Position numbers and translations under genes: made by a program. The notes under the pieces are model-generated. The model did not search any database. It saw nothing but the letters and a program-made list of their open reading frames with translations, and was not told the DNA's origin. A DNA stretch of 60,265 nucleotides, filler included. It is 4 parts of 4 records of this genome, joined end to end, with 100 filler letters (N's around TTAATTAATTAA, not from the genome) between each part and the next. Parts side by side here need not be neighbours in the genome. Positions count along the whole stretch, not along the records: positions 36,171 to 60,265 come from DRR378314_2581; 3 more parts are not named here. One strand, given 5' to 3'. This document shows, piece by piece, positions 39,885 to 49,739 of this stretch (position 1 is the stretch's first letter; each line of letters opens with the position of its first letter).

Positions 39885-42071
39885 CTATTCTTCGTACGCG
39901 GAGGAATCTTGTTCATTTTCCGCCTCTTCCGCCTCTTTTATCAAATTATTTTCAAGAATGTTCAACTTTTTTAATTTGGCCTTCCATGTGGCCAACGATT
40001 CCTTGTGGTTGTTTATGTTTTTGATTACTTCTTTTACCAAGGGATTATCCTCGGAAGCATTGGAAAAGAATTGAAGATTGTTTTCCAATTGCCTAATTTC
40101 ACTCTTGCTTTCGTCTATTTTTCTTCTGATGAAAGTACGTTCGTTGGAGATAGCGTAGTCGTTGTCATTATTGGCTAGTTGCTGAATCTTGTTGCCGTAT
40201 TTCAACAATTCCGCTTCCTGTCTATTGACATCCAATTTTTTGAACAGGGCATCTAGAATTTTGTTGAACTTGGCATTAATGCTCTTTTTATTAAAAGGAA
40301 CCCTACCAGCTTCTTTCCATTCTGCAATAAACTCTTTGATAGCGGCTAAATCCTTACTTTTATCACCACTTAATTGAAAACTCTTTAAATTTTCCAGACA
40401 TGCATTTTTCTTGTCAAAATTCTCTATCTCTTCCTTGTGGGCTTCATTTTTTAAGGCATGTAAACGATCAAAATAATGGTTGCAGGCAGTCTTAAACTCC
40501 TTCCATATTTTGTCGGAGTATTTTCTGGGAACATGCCCAATTTTTTTCCATTCGTTCTGAATCCTTTTCATTTCCTGGGTGGTAGTATCCCATTCCTCAC
40601 TATCCTTTAAGGAAACTGCCAGCTCCAACAGTGCCCTTTTTTTATCGAGATTTGCCTGTTGGTCTTTCTTTAAATTTTTGTAGTAGTTGTTTTTGTTTCT
40701 GTTAAACTCACGTACCGCGTCCTTAAAACTTGCCCAAGTCCTCTCATTTACTTTTTGGGGTACTTTTCCTGCTTTAAAGAATGAATCTCGCAATTTTTCA
40801 ACTTCCCTTATTTGTTGTTGCAATTCTTTGTGACTGGAAGCAATGTGGGTAGCTATTGTACTTATAGCTTGAATTATTTCGTGTTTCTTTTCCAGGTTCT
40901 GTTCATAAACCTTTTCCAAGTCTTTATAGTAATCCTGTCGTCTTTGGTGCAGCAATTTGGTAGCATTGCTAAAACGGTCCCAAATCTCTTCCCTGTGCTC
41001 CTTGCCAACGGGGCCAATATCTTCCTTCCAGATTTTATGTAGGGTCTGAAGTTCTTGAAATGCCTTGTTTAAATCCTCCATTTGGACCAACTCTTCCGCC
41101 CGCACTACGATCTTTAGTTTTTCCTCGTAGTTGTGCTTAAAATCCAGATCCCTTAGCTCCCTATTTAGATGTAGGAAGTCGTAAAATATTTCAATGTGAT
41201 GGTGGTATGTTCGCCAAACATCATTGTAATTGGCACGTGGAATTGGGCCGGCATTTTTCCAGCGCTCTTGAAGATCTTTAAAGTTTTTGTAGGTTGTGTT
41301 TATATCCTCTTCAACGTTGACCAAAGCTTTAAGCTCGTTGATGATTTCCAATCTTTGTGCAAGATTGGACTTAAGTCCCTGTTCCAGGTTCTTATAATAG
41401 CTATTTCTTTTTTCCCGGTAATCTGAATATACCTCGTTGAACTGTCTTTTGGCAACGGAATTGTATCGGAAATCTATTTCGTTTCCACCACTATTTACAA
41501 AGTCCTCCTTCTTTTCGTCTATAAACTCCTGAAACTTCTGGTCGAACTCATATTTAATGCCATCAACATGTTTTTTAATGGCCTGCACCTTTTCATTCCT
41601 TACCAATCGCTGAAGTTCACCTACCAAATTCTCCATGGACATAGCGTGGTAATCTGGCATGGGAATATGGTGTCGCTGATGGTTGTCCGAATCTTCGGCA
41701 TCCTCTGCATTGGATTCATCTATTTCTTCCAGAACATCTTCCTCTTTTTCCTCAGTAGCTTCTGCGGACTTTTTATTTTTCACTACATCTTCGGTAGTCC
41801 CAACTTCTTCTGGGGATTCTTCTTTTTCCGGAGCTTTTTGGGTTGAAGATTCTTTTAGTTTTCCTTCGTCCTTGGTTTCCAAATCGATAGGAGCACTTTT
41901 ATCTTCCACGACTTCCTTGGTGTTTTTTCCAGAATCGGTTTCAATGTTCTCAGGACTGGGAGCAGAATTGGCCTCTGTCTCGGATTCCGAATTATTTTTT
42001 TCTTCGGTACTTCCTGAGGTTTCCTCTGTACCTACATTATTCTGTAGGTTGTCTTCTTTATCTTCTAACAT
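39885..42071 (-). CDS. DUF349 domain-containing protein
   Basis: Acidic disordered N-terminus and repeated W(K)xxGxVP...W..F..A helical units. Confidence 0.85.
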   Translation of the reverse strand: MLEDKEDNLQNNVGTEETSGSTEEKNNSESETEANSAPSPENIETDSGKNTKEVVEDKSAPIDLETKDEGKLKESSTQKAPEKEESPEEVGTTEDVVKNKKSAEATEEKEEDVLEEIDESNAEDAEDSDNHQRHHIPMPDYHAMSMENLVGELQRLVRNEKVQAIKKHVDGIKYEFDQKFQEFIDEKKEDFVNSGGNEIDFRYNSVAKRQFNEVYSDYREKRNSYYKNLEQGLKSNLAQRLEIINELKALVNVEEDINTTYKNFKDLQERWKNAGPIPRANYNDVWRTYHHHIEIFYDFLHLNRELRDLDFKHNYEEKLKIVVRAEELVQMEDLNKAFQELQTLHKIWKEDIGPVGKEHREEIWDRFSNATKLLHQRRQDYYKDLEKVYEQNLEKKHEIIQAISTIATHIASSHKELQQQIREVEKLRDSFFKAGKVPQKVNERTWASFKDAVREFNRNKNNYYKNLKKDQQANLDKKRALLELAVSLKDSEEWDTTTQEMKRIQNEWKKIGHVPRKYSDKIWKEFKTACNHYFDRLHALKNEAHKEEIENFDKKNACLENLKSFQLSGDKSKDLAAIKEFIAEWKEAGRVPFNKKSINAKFNKILDALFKKLDVNRQEAELLKYGNKIQQLANNDNDYAISNERTFIRRKIDESKSEIRQLENNLQFFSNASEDNPLVKEVIKNINNHKESLATWKAKLKKLNILENNLIKEAEEAENEQDSSAYEE

Positions 42072-42224
42072 TTTATGAATGTTTATAGCTTTCTAAATGT
42101 AATGTACGGAAATATAATTACATCCGTCTATATATCAAAGGTAATGAAACTTCTTTTTAAGGATTTTTTACAGAGGAATTTCTGTAATTTTTATCGTCAA
42201 AAGGGATCTCATATCTTCATTATG

Positions 42225-42977
42225 CTAGGAATTCCATATCTCCCACGATTTTTCTGCCTGAAATTGAAGCATGTTGGAGCCATTGCTTATTTTACCGCCT
42301 TGCTGTTCGCCCGCCAGCAAAAATGCTGTTTTTTCCGGGTTGTAGATAAGGTCGAAAAGCAAATGTTGATTGCTAATGAAGTTGTAAGGCAGGTCTGGCT
42401 TGTCGTTTATGTTTGGGAAAGTGCCTAAAGGAGTGCAATTTACAATTACCGTATGTTCCGTTAACACTTCCTTGTTAAGATCTGTATAATTGAGCTGCTT
42501 GTCTTTAGGGTTTCTAGAGACAAATTTATAGTTTATTCCCAATTTATTAAGTACAAATGCCACTGCCTTGGAAGCGCCACCGGTACCAAGGATAAGCGCT
42601 GTTTTATGATGCTGCCTTAGATGGGGTTCTATAGATTTTTGAAAACCATAGGCGTCCGTATTGAAACCTATTGTTTGTTGCCCAACTATCTTAATGGTAT
42701 TCACAGCCCCAATAGCTTGGGCTTCCGGATCTATTTTCGATAAAAAGGGCATAATTTGTTCTTTGTAGGGAATAGTTACGTTGAAACCTTGGATATTGCT
42801 GTTTTGTTCCAATAGGCCCTTAAACTTGTCGATATGCTCCAAATCAAAATTCTCGTATGAATGCCTTTCCAGTCCCATTTCAGAGAATTTCTTGGTAAAA
42901 TAGCCCCTTGAAAATGAATAGGAAATATTTTTACCAATTAATCCAAATCGAATCTTATCTCTTTCTGTTTTTTCCAT
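42225..42977 (-). CDS. aroE: Shikimate dehydrogenase
   Basis: Motifs NVTIPYK, GAVNT, NTD, LGTGGA and DLIYNP. Confidence 0.94.
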   Translation of the reverse strand: MEKTERDKIRFGLIGKNISYSFSRGYFTKKFSEMGLERHSYENFDLEHIDKFKGLLEQNSNIQGFNVTIPYKEQIMPFLSKIDPEAQAIGAVNTIKIVGQQTIGFNTDAYGFQKSIEPHLRQHHKTALILGTGGASKAVAFVLNKLGINYKFVSRNPKDKQLNYTDLNKEVLTEHTVIVNCTPLGTFPNINDKPDLPYNFISNQHLLFDLIYNPEKTAFLLAGEQQGGKISNGSNMLQFQAEKSWEIWNS

Positions 42978-43968
42978 ACCAGTCTAATCCTAATAAAATT
43001 AATACCCCAAAAAATATAAAAAAAATGGCCCACCAAGTTTCCGAAGATCCCAAATTTGGCAGAAATCTTTCATAATTCTTTATTATTGGGTTATTATTGG
43101 TGTCCAAGAGTAAATTGCCACTGATATCCGTTTTGAACAAAGTGCGTTTCCAGGGCCATACCACTCCCAATGAGCCGGTAATAAAACCTATAATTACGGC
43201 TGTTGTTAAATGTCTATAATGTTTTAGGACGTAAGACAATAGATGGGAGAGGGTTACCAATCCGGCAGCTGATCCCGTGGTGAATACAGCCAATATTTTT
43301 AAGGTATTGAGCCGTGTTGGATTTTTAATAAAACTAAAATCGCCTGTAAAGACTTCCGAAAAGGTGTCATAAAGTGCGTTTACGGAATCAACCAAAAGTA
43401 GCACATAATTGCCAAGAAGGATCAATATAAAAGAACCGGATAGTCCTGGCAAGGTCATGCCAGAGACACTGATAATGCCGCAAAAAAAGATAAAGATTAA
43501 ATTGTCGTTTTGTGTAGCGGGATTAAGGAAGCTTATAGATATGCCTATGATCAATCCAACTATTCCTGCCGGAACGGTCTTTTTGCTCCAATGCCCAAAG
43601 TCCTTTCCTATATAGTAAATGGAGCCCAATATCATTCCAAAGAAGGCAGACCACACATAGAGCTCATTTCTTTCCAGAAAATAATCCAAAATTTTGGACA
43701 CACTGAAATAACTCACCAACATGCCAAAAATTAGTAGCGTTAAAAACTGGCCATTGGTGTAACGATAGAAGCTTTTTAACCTTCCACTGACCAAGAGCTT
43801 AAAAGCTTTTCCGTTTACTTTTTGTAGGGAATAGATAAACTCTTCATAAAACCCCCCTACAAAAGCAACTATACCACCTGATACGCCTGGAACTTTATTG
43901 GCGGCACCCATGAACAAGCCCTTGATAACAAGGAAAAATTTATCCGTGAATGTTCTGGGGTTTCTCAT
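42955..43968 (-). CDS. DUF368-family membrane protein (putative undecaprenyl-phosphate translocase), paralog 2
   Basis: Repeated motifs MGAANKVPGVSGG and MTLPGLSGS. Confidence 0.88.
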   Translation of the reverse strand: MRNPRTFTDKFFLVIKGLFMGAANKVPGVSGGIVAFVGGFYEEFIYSLQKVNGKAFKLLVSGRLKSFYRYTNGQFLTLLIFGMLVSYFSVSKILDYFLERNELYVWSAFFGMILGSIYYIGKDFGHWSKKTVPAGIVGLIIGISISFLNPATQNDNLIFIFFCGIISVSGMTLPGLSGSFILILLGNYVLLLVDSVNALYDTFSEVFTGDFSFIKNPTRLNTLKILAVFTTGSAAGLVTLSHLLSYVLKHYRHLTTAVIIGFITGSLGVVWPWKRTLFKTDISGNLLLDTNNNPIIKNYERFLPNLGSSETWWAIFFIFFGVLILLGLDWYGKNRKR

Positions 43969-43982
43969 TTGGGGTTGGGCGT

Positions 43983-44900
43983 TTATTTTTTAGCGGCCAA
44001 TTTTTCCAGTATAAAAATAAGGGAAAAACCAAGTAAAGCCAGAATAATGGCACTTATTAATTGAGGGTCCCCGTCGAAAGAGAATGGAGAGATGTTTTGA
44101 TCTTTTATGGTAATTATTTTTTTCCCGAACATTTTGGTCTCCAGAACTTCTTTCCAAGGCCATATTTTGTTTAATGAGCCTAAAATAAATCCGGTCAATA
44201 GGGCCAAGGTTAGATTTTTATAATGTACAAACATCCATTTTAGAAGTTTGGCAAAGCTCAGTAGTCCAAAAATGGCTCCTAGGCCAACTGTGAATACAAT
44301 ATTAAGATCTCGCTCATGAACTGCATCCAATACCGTTTTATAGGATCCCAAAAGTACTAGGATAAACGCTCCGGATATGCCAGGTAAAATCATGGCGCAT
44401 ATGGCCAAAGCCCCGGAAAAGAATAAATATGGGAGTGATGCCGAATTTTCGGAAGGGGGCAACTTTGTAACGTAAAAGGCTATGGCAGTTCCCAGGATCA
44501 AAATTATTATAGCAGCCAAATTCCATTTTTTTATTTCCTTGCCTACCAATATAATGCTGGCCACAACCAGGCCAAAGAAAAAGGACCATAAGGGTATGGG
44601 TTCGTTCTCCATTAACCAACTAATGAGTTTGGCCAAGGATAGGACACTAATACCTATGCCAAGAAGCAAAGCCAGTAGAAAGTTTCCGTTAAGTTTGGTC
44701 CAAAAGGCTTTTATGCCCTCCTTTCTCAATGTATTTAAAAGGGATACGTTTACGTTGTTAATACTGGTGATGAGTTCTTCGTAAATTCCGGAGATAAAAG
44801 CAATGGTGCCTCCCGATACACCGGGCACAACATCTGCAGCGCCCATGGCCATTCCTTTTAATAAAATAAAGATGTAAGCTAAAAGATTGCGATTTTCCAT
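43983..44900 (-). CDS. DUF368-family membrane protein (putative undecaprenyl-phosphate translocase), paralog 1
   Basis: Motifs MGAADVVPGVSGGT and MILPGISGA. ATG 44900 chosen because TATTTTTG lies at 44923-44916. Confidence 0.9.
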   Translation of the reverse strand: MENRNLLAYIFILLKGMAMGAADVVPGVSGGTIAFISGIYEELITSINNVNVSLLNTLRKEGIKAFWTKLNGNFLLALLLGIGISVLSLAKLISWLMENEPIPLWSFFFGLVVASIILVGKEIKKWNLAAIIILILGTAIAFYVTKLPPSENSASLPYLFFSGALAICAMILPGISGAFILVLLGSYKTVLDAVHERDLNIVFTVGLGAIFGLLSFAKLLKWMFVHYKNLTLALLTGFILGSLNKIWPWKEVLETKMFGKKIITIKDQNISPFSFDGDPQLISAIILALLGFSLIFILEKLAAKK

Positions 44901-44929
44901 ATATGATAAAAAAAACAAAAATAGTTTAT

Positions 44930-46330
44930 TTATCTGGAAGCTTTTTTCACATCCTCAATTAAGTTTTGGGCCCATTCTGTGTTGAAGAATTGGGGAAATT
45001 CGTCCTCAAATAAATGTAGTTGGTCAAGGTCTATTTTAAGGGCGTTGATCAATCTGTACTGAGCTCTGGGGAAGTCACTTATTAGCAGATAGAATCCTGC
45101 CATTTTATACTGCATTTCACAGCGCTGTGGATAAAATTCATGACCTTGGAGCAATATTTCTATGGCCGCATAAACGTCCAAGTTCTGTACGGCTACATCC
45201 GCCCAATGAAACCAAGTGTCAAATTCGTAATTTCCCAGGTCTACGGCCTGTTGATAAGCATAGTAGGCCTCGTCGTTATTTTTTAAGGTAGCGTGGATCT
45301 TTCCGCATTTTTTCCAGTATTTGGAATTTTCCCCATCAATATTAATGGCCTTATTGATGTAGTATAAGGCCTTTTCATAATCCTCTTGTCTAATGTAATA
45401 TTCCGTAATTGCCAACCATCCTTTATCCAACAAAGGGTCTTCATGAACCGTCCTGTAATAATAGGATTTGGCCAATTCGTCATTCTTTAATTTTTCATGA
45501 CATCTGCCGATCCTTAAATAAGCGTGGGAGGTAGGGTCTTCAATGGCAATAGTGGTCTCATAATTCTCAATGGCCTCATTGTATTTGCCCATTTTTTCCA
45601 ATACCTTTCCTTTTTCAAAATAGGCACCGATAAAGGTGTCATCGGAGATAATGGCAAAGTCAAAAGCGGCCAGGGCCTCTTTGTGCATCTTTTTCGTAAA
45701 ATACATTTTGCCCAATTGGTGCCATGCCACTTCGCTGTATGGGTTTCTTTCAAGATAATCATTTAGGTACACTATGGCACCATCATAATCCTCAAGAAAT
45801 TCGAAACAATAGATAACATTGTAAAGTGATGAATAATCCTCTTCATCATAGGACACACACATCATGAAATTTTGTTTGGCGTCCTCAAAATTATCCATGA
45901 ACAAATATTCCATCCCTAGTAAGGAATGGATGTCAAAACTGTCATCAGTTAAATTTAATGCATGGGTCAAAAGGGAGACCGCTGCTTCGTGGTTGTCTTT
46001 CTTGGAATAAATATTGGCCCTTTGTATGTATATTTCCTCGTTGTTGCTGTCTATTACCTGTAGTTCATCCAGCATCTTCTCCGCCAACTCCAGATTATTT
46101 TCAAAAACAAGGACTTCTATAGACAATAACTTAAGTTCTATACTGTCAGGATGCTGTTGAAGCCCTATTTTAATGGCTTTTTTGGCCAATGCAATTTTAC
46201 CGTTATTGAGGTAGTGGTGAATAATATCTTGAAAATCTTCCGCGTCAAAGAAGTAGACATCGTCGGTCTTGAGCATGGATTCAAACTTAGCAATTGGTTG
46301 CCCTGGTCTCTCGTTTGGTTCTAACGCCAT
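44930..46330 (-). CDS. Tetratricopeptide repeat protein
   Basis: Multiple TPR-like units such as AWHQLG and AYFEKGKVLEKMGKYNEAIENY. Confidence 0.88.
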   Translation of the reverse strand: MALEPNERPGQPIAKFESMLKTDDVYFFDAEDFQDIIHHYLNNGKIALAKKAIKIGLQQHPDSIELKLLSIEVLVFENNLELAEKMLDELQVIDSNNEEIYIQRANIYSKKDNHEAAVSLLTHALNLTDDSFDIHSLLGMEYLFMDNFEDAKQNFMMCVSYDEEDYSSLYNVIYCFEFLEDYDGAIVYLNDYLERNPYSEVAWHQLGKMYFTKKMHKEALAAFDFAIISDDTFIGAYFEKGKVLEKMGKYNEAIENYETTIAIEDPTSHAYLRIGRCHEKLKNDELAKSYYYRTVHEDPLLDKGWLAITEYYIRQEDYEKALYYINKAINIDGENSKYWKKCGKIHATLKNNDEAYYAYQQAVDLGNYEFDTWFHWADVAVQNLDVYAAIEILLQGHEFYPQRCEMQYKMAGFYLLISDFPRAQYRLINALKIDLDQLHLFEDEFPQFFNTEWAQNLIEDVKKASR

Positions 46331-46425
46331 AGGAACTTCTAATTATTCATTGGAACTAAAGTAGTCTTTTGAAACCCTTAATTCCGACAGATTTGGTCTA
46401 TTATATTAACAAATTAGTTAACAAT

Positions 46426-47607
46426 TTATTGTTTAAGCCCGTCCAGCACCTCTAAAATTAGTGAACATCCAAGGCTAATTTCTTGATTGCTAATGGTCAA
46501 TGGCGGTGAAATACGAATTGCATTTGGTTCAAAAAGGAGCCAGAATAATATTAGGCCTTTCTCGGCACATTTAAGGATTACCTCATTGGCCATTTCAGGT
46601 TTTTCCATCATTAAGGCCAACATTAATCCTTTACCTCGAATTTCCTTTATTAATTTGTGCTGCAAAAGGTTTCTAAAAAGAACTTCCTTTTCCAGGGATT
46701 CCTGAATAAGCTTGCCTTCCGTTATTTCCTGTAAGGTTGCAAGGCAGGCGGCTGCAATTACTGGATTTCCCCCAAAGGTTGTAATATGACCAAGTTTGGG
46801 GTTCTCTATCAATGACTGCATCATGTTGTGGGAAGCCACAAATGCACCTACCGGCATTCCGCCGGCCATGCCTTTTCCAATAACTAGAATATCCGGAATA
46901 CAATCGAAGTGTTCAAAAGCGAACAATTTTCCCGTTCGTCCAAATCCAGGCTGGATCTCATCCAATATTAACATGGCGCCCACGGCCGTACATCGTTCCC
47001 TTACCTTCTTTAAATATCCGTTCTCCGGTAAAATAAAACCGGCACCTCCCTGTATGGTTTCCAATACAACGGCTGCCGTTTTTTCGGTTATGGACAATAA
47101 ATCCCCTTCTGAATTAAATTGAATAAAGCCAATGTCCGGAATAAGGGGCCTAAACGCACTTTTCCGTTCTTCAAAGCCCATTATGCTCAGGCTTCCCATT
47201 GTATTTCCATGGTAGGCGTGTTTAGCTGCAATAATTTGGCTTCTTCCGGTAAACCTTCTAGCTAATTTCAGGGCGCCTTCAATAGCCTCTGTCCCGGAAT
47301 TTACCAAATAGGTGGTTTCCAGTGGCGCAGGGAGTAGGCTTGCAAGCAACTTGGTATAGGCTACGGCCGGTTCTTGGATATACTCGCCGTACACCATAAC
47401 ATGCATATATTTTTGCGCTTGCTCTTGGATGGCAGTTACCACTCTGGGGTGGCAATGCCCCAAGCTGCATGCAGATACTCCTGCAACAAAATCTAAATGT
47501 GCCTTTCCTTGGGTGTCGTAAATATAACTACCCTTGGCATGAGAAATTTCCAAAGCCAAAGGATGCGAAGAAGTTTGTGCCTGGTACTTAAAATAATCCT
47601 TTTTCAT
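46426..47607 (-). CDS. Class-III PLP-dependent aminotransferase (ArgD-like)
   Basis: Motifs NSGTEA, YHG, LDEIQPGFGRTG, GKGMAGG and TFGGNP. Confidence 0.9.
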   Translation of the reverse strand: MKKDYFKYQAQTSSHPLALEISHAKGSYIYDTQGKAHLDFVAGVSACSLGHCHPRVVTAIQEQAQKYMHVMVYGEYIQEPAVAYTKLLASLLPAPLETTYLVNSGTEAIEGALKLARRFTGRSQIIAAKHAYHGNTMGSLSIMGFEERKSAFRPLIPDIGFIQFNSEGDLLSITEKTAAVVLETIQGGAGFILPENGYLKKVRERCTAVGAMLILDEIQPGFGRTGKLFAFEHFDCIPDILVIGKGMAGGMPVGAFVASHNMMQSLIENPKLGHITTFGGNPVIAAACLATLQEITEGKLIQESLEKEVLFRNLLQHKLIKEIRGKGLMLALMMEKPEMANEVILKCAEKGLILFWLLFEPNAIRISPPLTISNQEISLGCSLILEVLDGLKQ

Positions 47608-47612
47608 TTGTC

Positions 47613-49628
47613 CTATTTGTCAAGGATTCTTAAAATCCAGGTTTCATCCATGTAATTCCCATTGAAATTACTATTTCGGGATTCGAGCGCTTCCTCCCAG
47701 GTGTCAAAGCGCTCTAAATATACATAGTGGTATTGATTGAAATTCCGTAAAAAGTGTTGGGGCTCCAATCCTTTTTTCGTAAGGCTTTTCATGAATTTCT
47801 CATAATTTTCCTTCACTTCAAAAACGTTCGCTATTAAATAGTAACCAGGTTCCAAACCGTTCTCTTTAGCTCCCTCCTCGTAGCGCACCTCCGATTTTGT
47901 TTCTGATACCTTGGGTTTGGGATCCTTTTTCTGTTGATCTTTTTTGGTTGGTTCTATTTTTTTCAAGGGATTGGGAGGTAATAACTTGGAAGAATTTATA
48001 GAATCGCGCTTCCTTTGGTCCTCCATGGCCTCCTCTGGCTCCACGTCCAAATCTATAGGGTTTTCCACCCCTCGAATGGTGACCAGTTTAATGTTGTTGT
48101 CGTCCTCATCAAAAATGTCGTCCTTGGTCATAATTCTTTCCTTCCCACGCCAAATAAAACCTTTTAGCAACCTACTGTTTTCAGGAAGTTCCTTTTCGGG
48201 AAAAATATCGCCATCAGGATTGGTGATAAAGGTAATATCCTCTATCTCGTTGTTGGCAAGGGTCATTCTAATGGCACTGCATATGGTCTTGTCTATTCCA
48301 ATTAGTTCTTGGTCATCATTGTACATATAATAGATGACCTCGGTATTTTTTACAAGGTCGATAAGACTTAATTTGTTGTCTATGAATTTTCCGAACAAAT
48401 CCTTCCCTTTGGCCTGATTATAACCTACTTTGCCTACCGTATCCAAGGAAATTATAAAGGCATTATTGATAACTTTTAAAGAGTCCAATTTTTCGGTTTC
48501 CAAGTCGGATAGTAAGTGGATACTGTCTCCAGTCATCTGATTTTCTCCATTCCAAATAATAGGATTGGTAATTAATTCGGTAATACCCGTTTTTTGGTTA
48601 AAATGAATGGAATCGCACTTACCACTTAGATCGGTCTTGTAGAATTTTGCATTTCTAAATGCCCTAAGGATACGTTGTTCTGGTTTGCCCGTAATCATTA
48701 GGGTGTCGCCGTGCATATAGAGGGAATCCTGTTCCACCAGATTAATGGAAACGGCCCTTTTAGTGGCAAAAACGGAATCCTTCGCCTTGTACACTTCAGC
48801 ATAGTGCGCCCTTATCAATCCATTGTTTATGGTATCCCTGATGGTAATATTATTTGTTGCCGATGCAAATTCTGTCTTCTTGTCAAAATACAAACTGTCC
48901 CCCGTTATTATTCGATTATTATAGTCTATTCGGGTATTTTTAATTCCGTATCCGTTTTCAATTTTGGTGTCATAGAATCCACGTTCGCAATACATTTTAT
49001 AGGTTTCCCCGGTTATGGTAGACGGACCGTACAAATAAGCATTTTTGGACTCCGTATAATAATCCAATTGTTTGGAAACCAAATTGAATTCAGGGTTCAC
49101 AAGGTTCACACTTTGTAAGAACTGGGATTTTTTAAGTTGTGTAAAGTAGCGTCCAATTTTACTGGTAAGAGTGTTGGAGGAATCAACTACGGTTCCGTTA
49201 TGTTCATAGAAAGCCTCTTGTTTTTCCCTGTCGAACCGTAAGGTGTCTGTGGTAAGTGTCATGCTGGTATGGTTCAATACCACATTTTCCCATGCCTTGG
49301 CAAGGTTTAAATTACCGTCATAATCTATTTTGCCACTGGTCAACTGTACGGAATCTCCCTGTTTCAGTTTGATGTTTCCAATGGCCTTGAGTCTATTTTC
49401 CTTTTGGTAATATATGGCAATATCGCACCACAAATCCGCTCCTTCGTGCTCAAATTGCACCTGCCGGTCATCCTTGCTAAAGATGGCTGCCCCAGGATAT
49501 TGTTTTTCATCTTTGGTAAAGTTGGCTCCATAAACAATGTTTATTTGTTTAACCTCTGCCTGGGGCTCCTGTGCCCAACCACTCCAACAAATGAATACGA
49601 TTAATAATAAAAAGACGGACTTAAGCAA
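47613..49628 (-). CDS. OstA-like (LptA/LptD-N beta-jellyroll) exported protein with C-terminal SPOR-like domain
   Basis: Signal peptide and repeated beta-rich units (CDIAIYY, GDSLYFD, CDSIHFN, GDSIHL). A Lys/Pro linker leads to a tail GYYLIANVF...A/F...L..KG...YVY...FDTWEEA...W. Confidence 0.75.
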   Translation of the reverse strand: MLKSVFLLLIVFICWSGWAQEPQAEVKQINIVYGANFTKDEKQYPGAAIFSKDDRQVQFEHEGADLWCDIAIYYQKENRLKAIGNIKLKQGDSVQLTSGKIDYDGNLNLAKAWENVVLNHTSMTLTTDTLRFDREKQEAFYEHNGTVVDSSNTLTSKIGRYFTQLKKSQFLQSVNLVNPEFNLVSKQLDYYTESKNAYLYGPSTITGETYKMYCERGFYDTKIENGYGIKNTRIDYNNRIITGDSLYFDKKTEFASATNNITIRDTINNGLIRAHYAEVYKAKDSVFATKRAVSINLVEQDSLYMHGDTLMITGKPEQRILRAFRNAKFYKTDLSGKCDSIHFNQKTGITELITNPIIWNGENQMTGDSIHLLSDLETEKLDSLKVINNAFIISLDTVGKVGYNQAKGKDLFGKFIDNKLSLIDLVKNTEVIYYMYNDDQELIGIDKTICSAIRMTLANNEIEDITFITNPDGDIFPEKELPENSRLLKGFIWRGKERIMTKDDIFDEDDNNIKLVTIRGVENPIDLDVEPEEAMEDQRKRDSINSSKLLPPNPLKKIEPTKKDQQKKDPKPKVSETKSEVRYEEGAKENGLEPGYYLIANVFEVKENYEKFMKSLTKKGLEPQHFLRNFNQYHYVYLERFDTWEEALESRNSNFNGNYMDETWILRILDK

Positions 49629-49644
49629 TGTTTAAAATTTTGGT

Positions 49645-49652
49645 CAAAAATA
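49645..49652 (-). promoter_or_regulatory. Bacteroidota -7 promoter element for the OstA-like gene
   Basis: TATTTTTG on the minus strand, 16 nt before the start codon. Confidence 0.55.
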
Positions 49653-49710
49653 GTATATTTTGAGGGAGGATAATATAGTTTGGGATAGTTTTAGTAAATC
49701 CCAATTAACC

Positions 49711-49737
49711 AAAAAGCCATCTTTTAAGATGGCTTTT
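49711..49737 (-). terminator. Intrinsic terminator of purA
   Basis: Inverted repeat aaaagccatctt / aagatggctttt with a U-tract on the minus strand. Confidence 0.8.
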
Positions 49738-49739
49738 GT

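Noticed and set aside
41640..42071. Low-complexity acidic N-terminus of the DUF349 protein as a possible tandem repeat
   Set aside because: No regular nucleotide repeat unit is visible. It is just a Glu/Lys/Ser-rich disordered segment.
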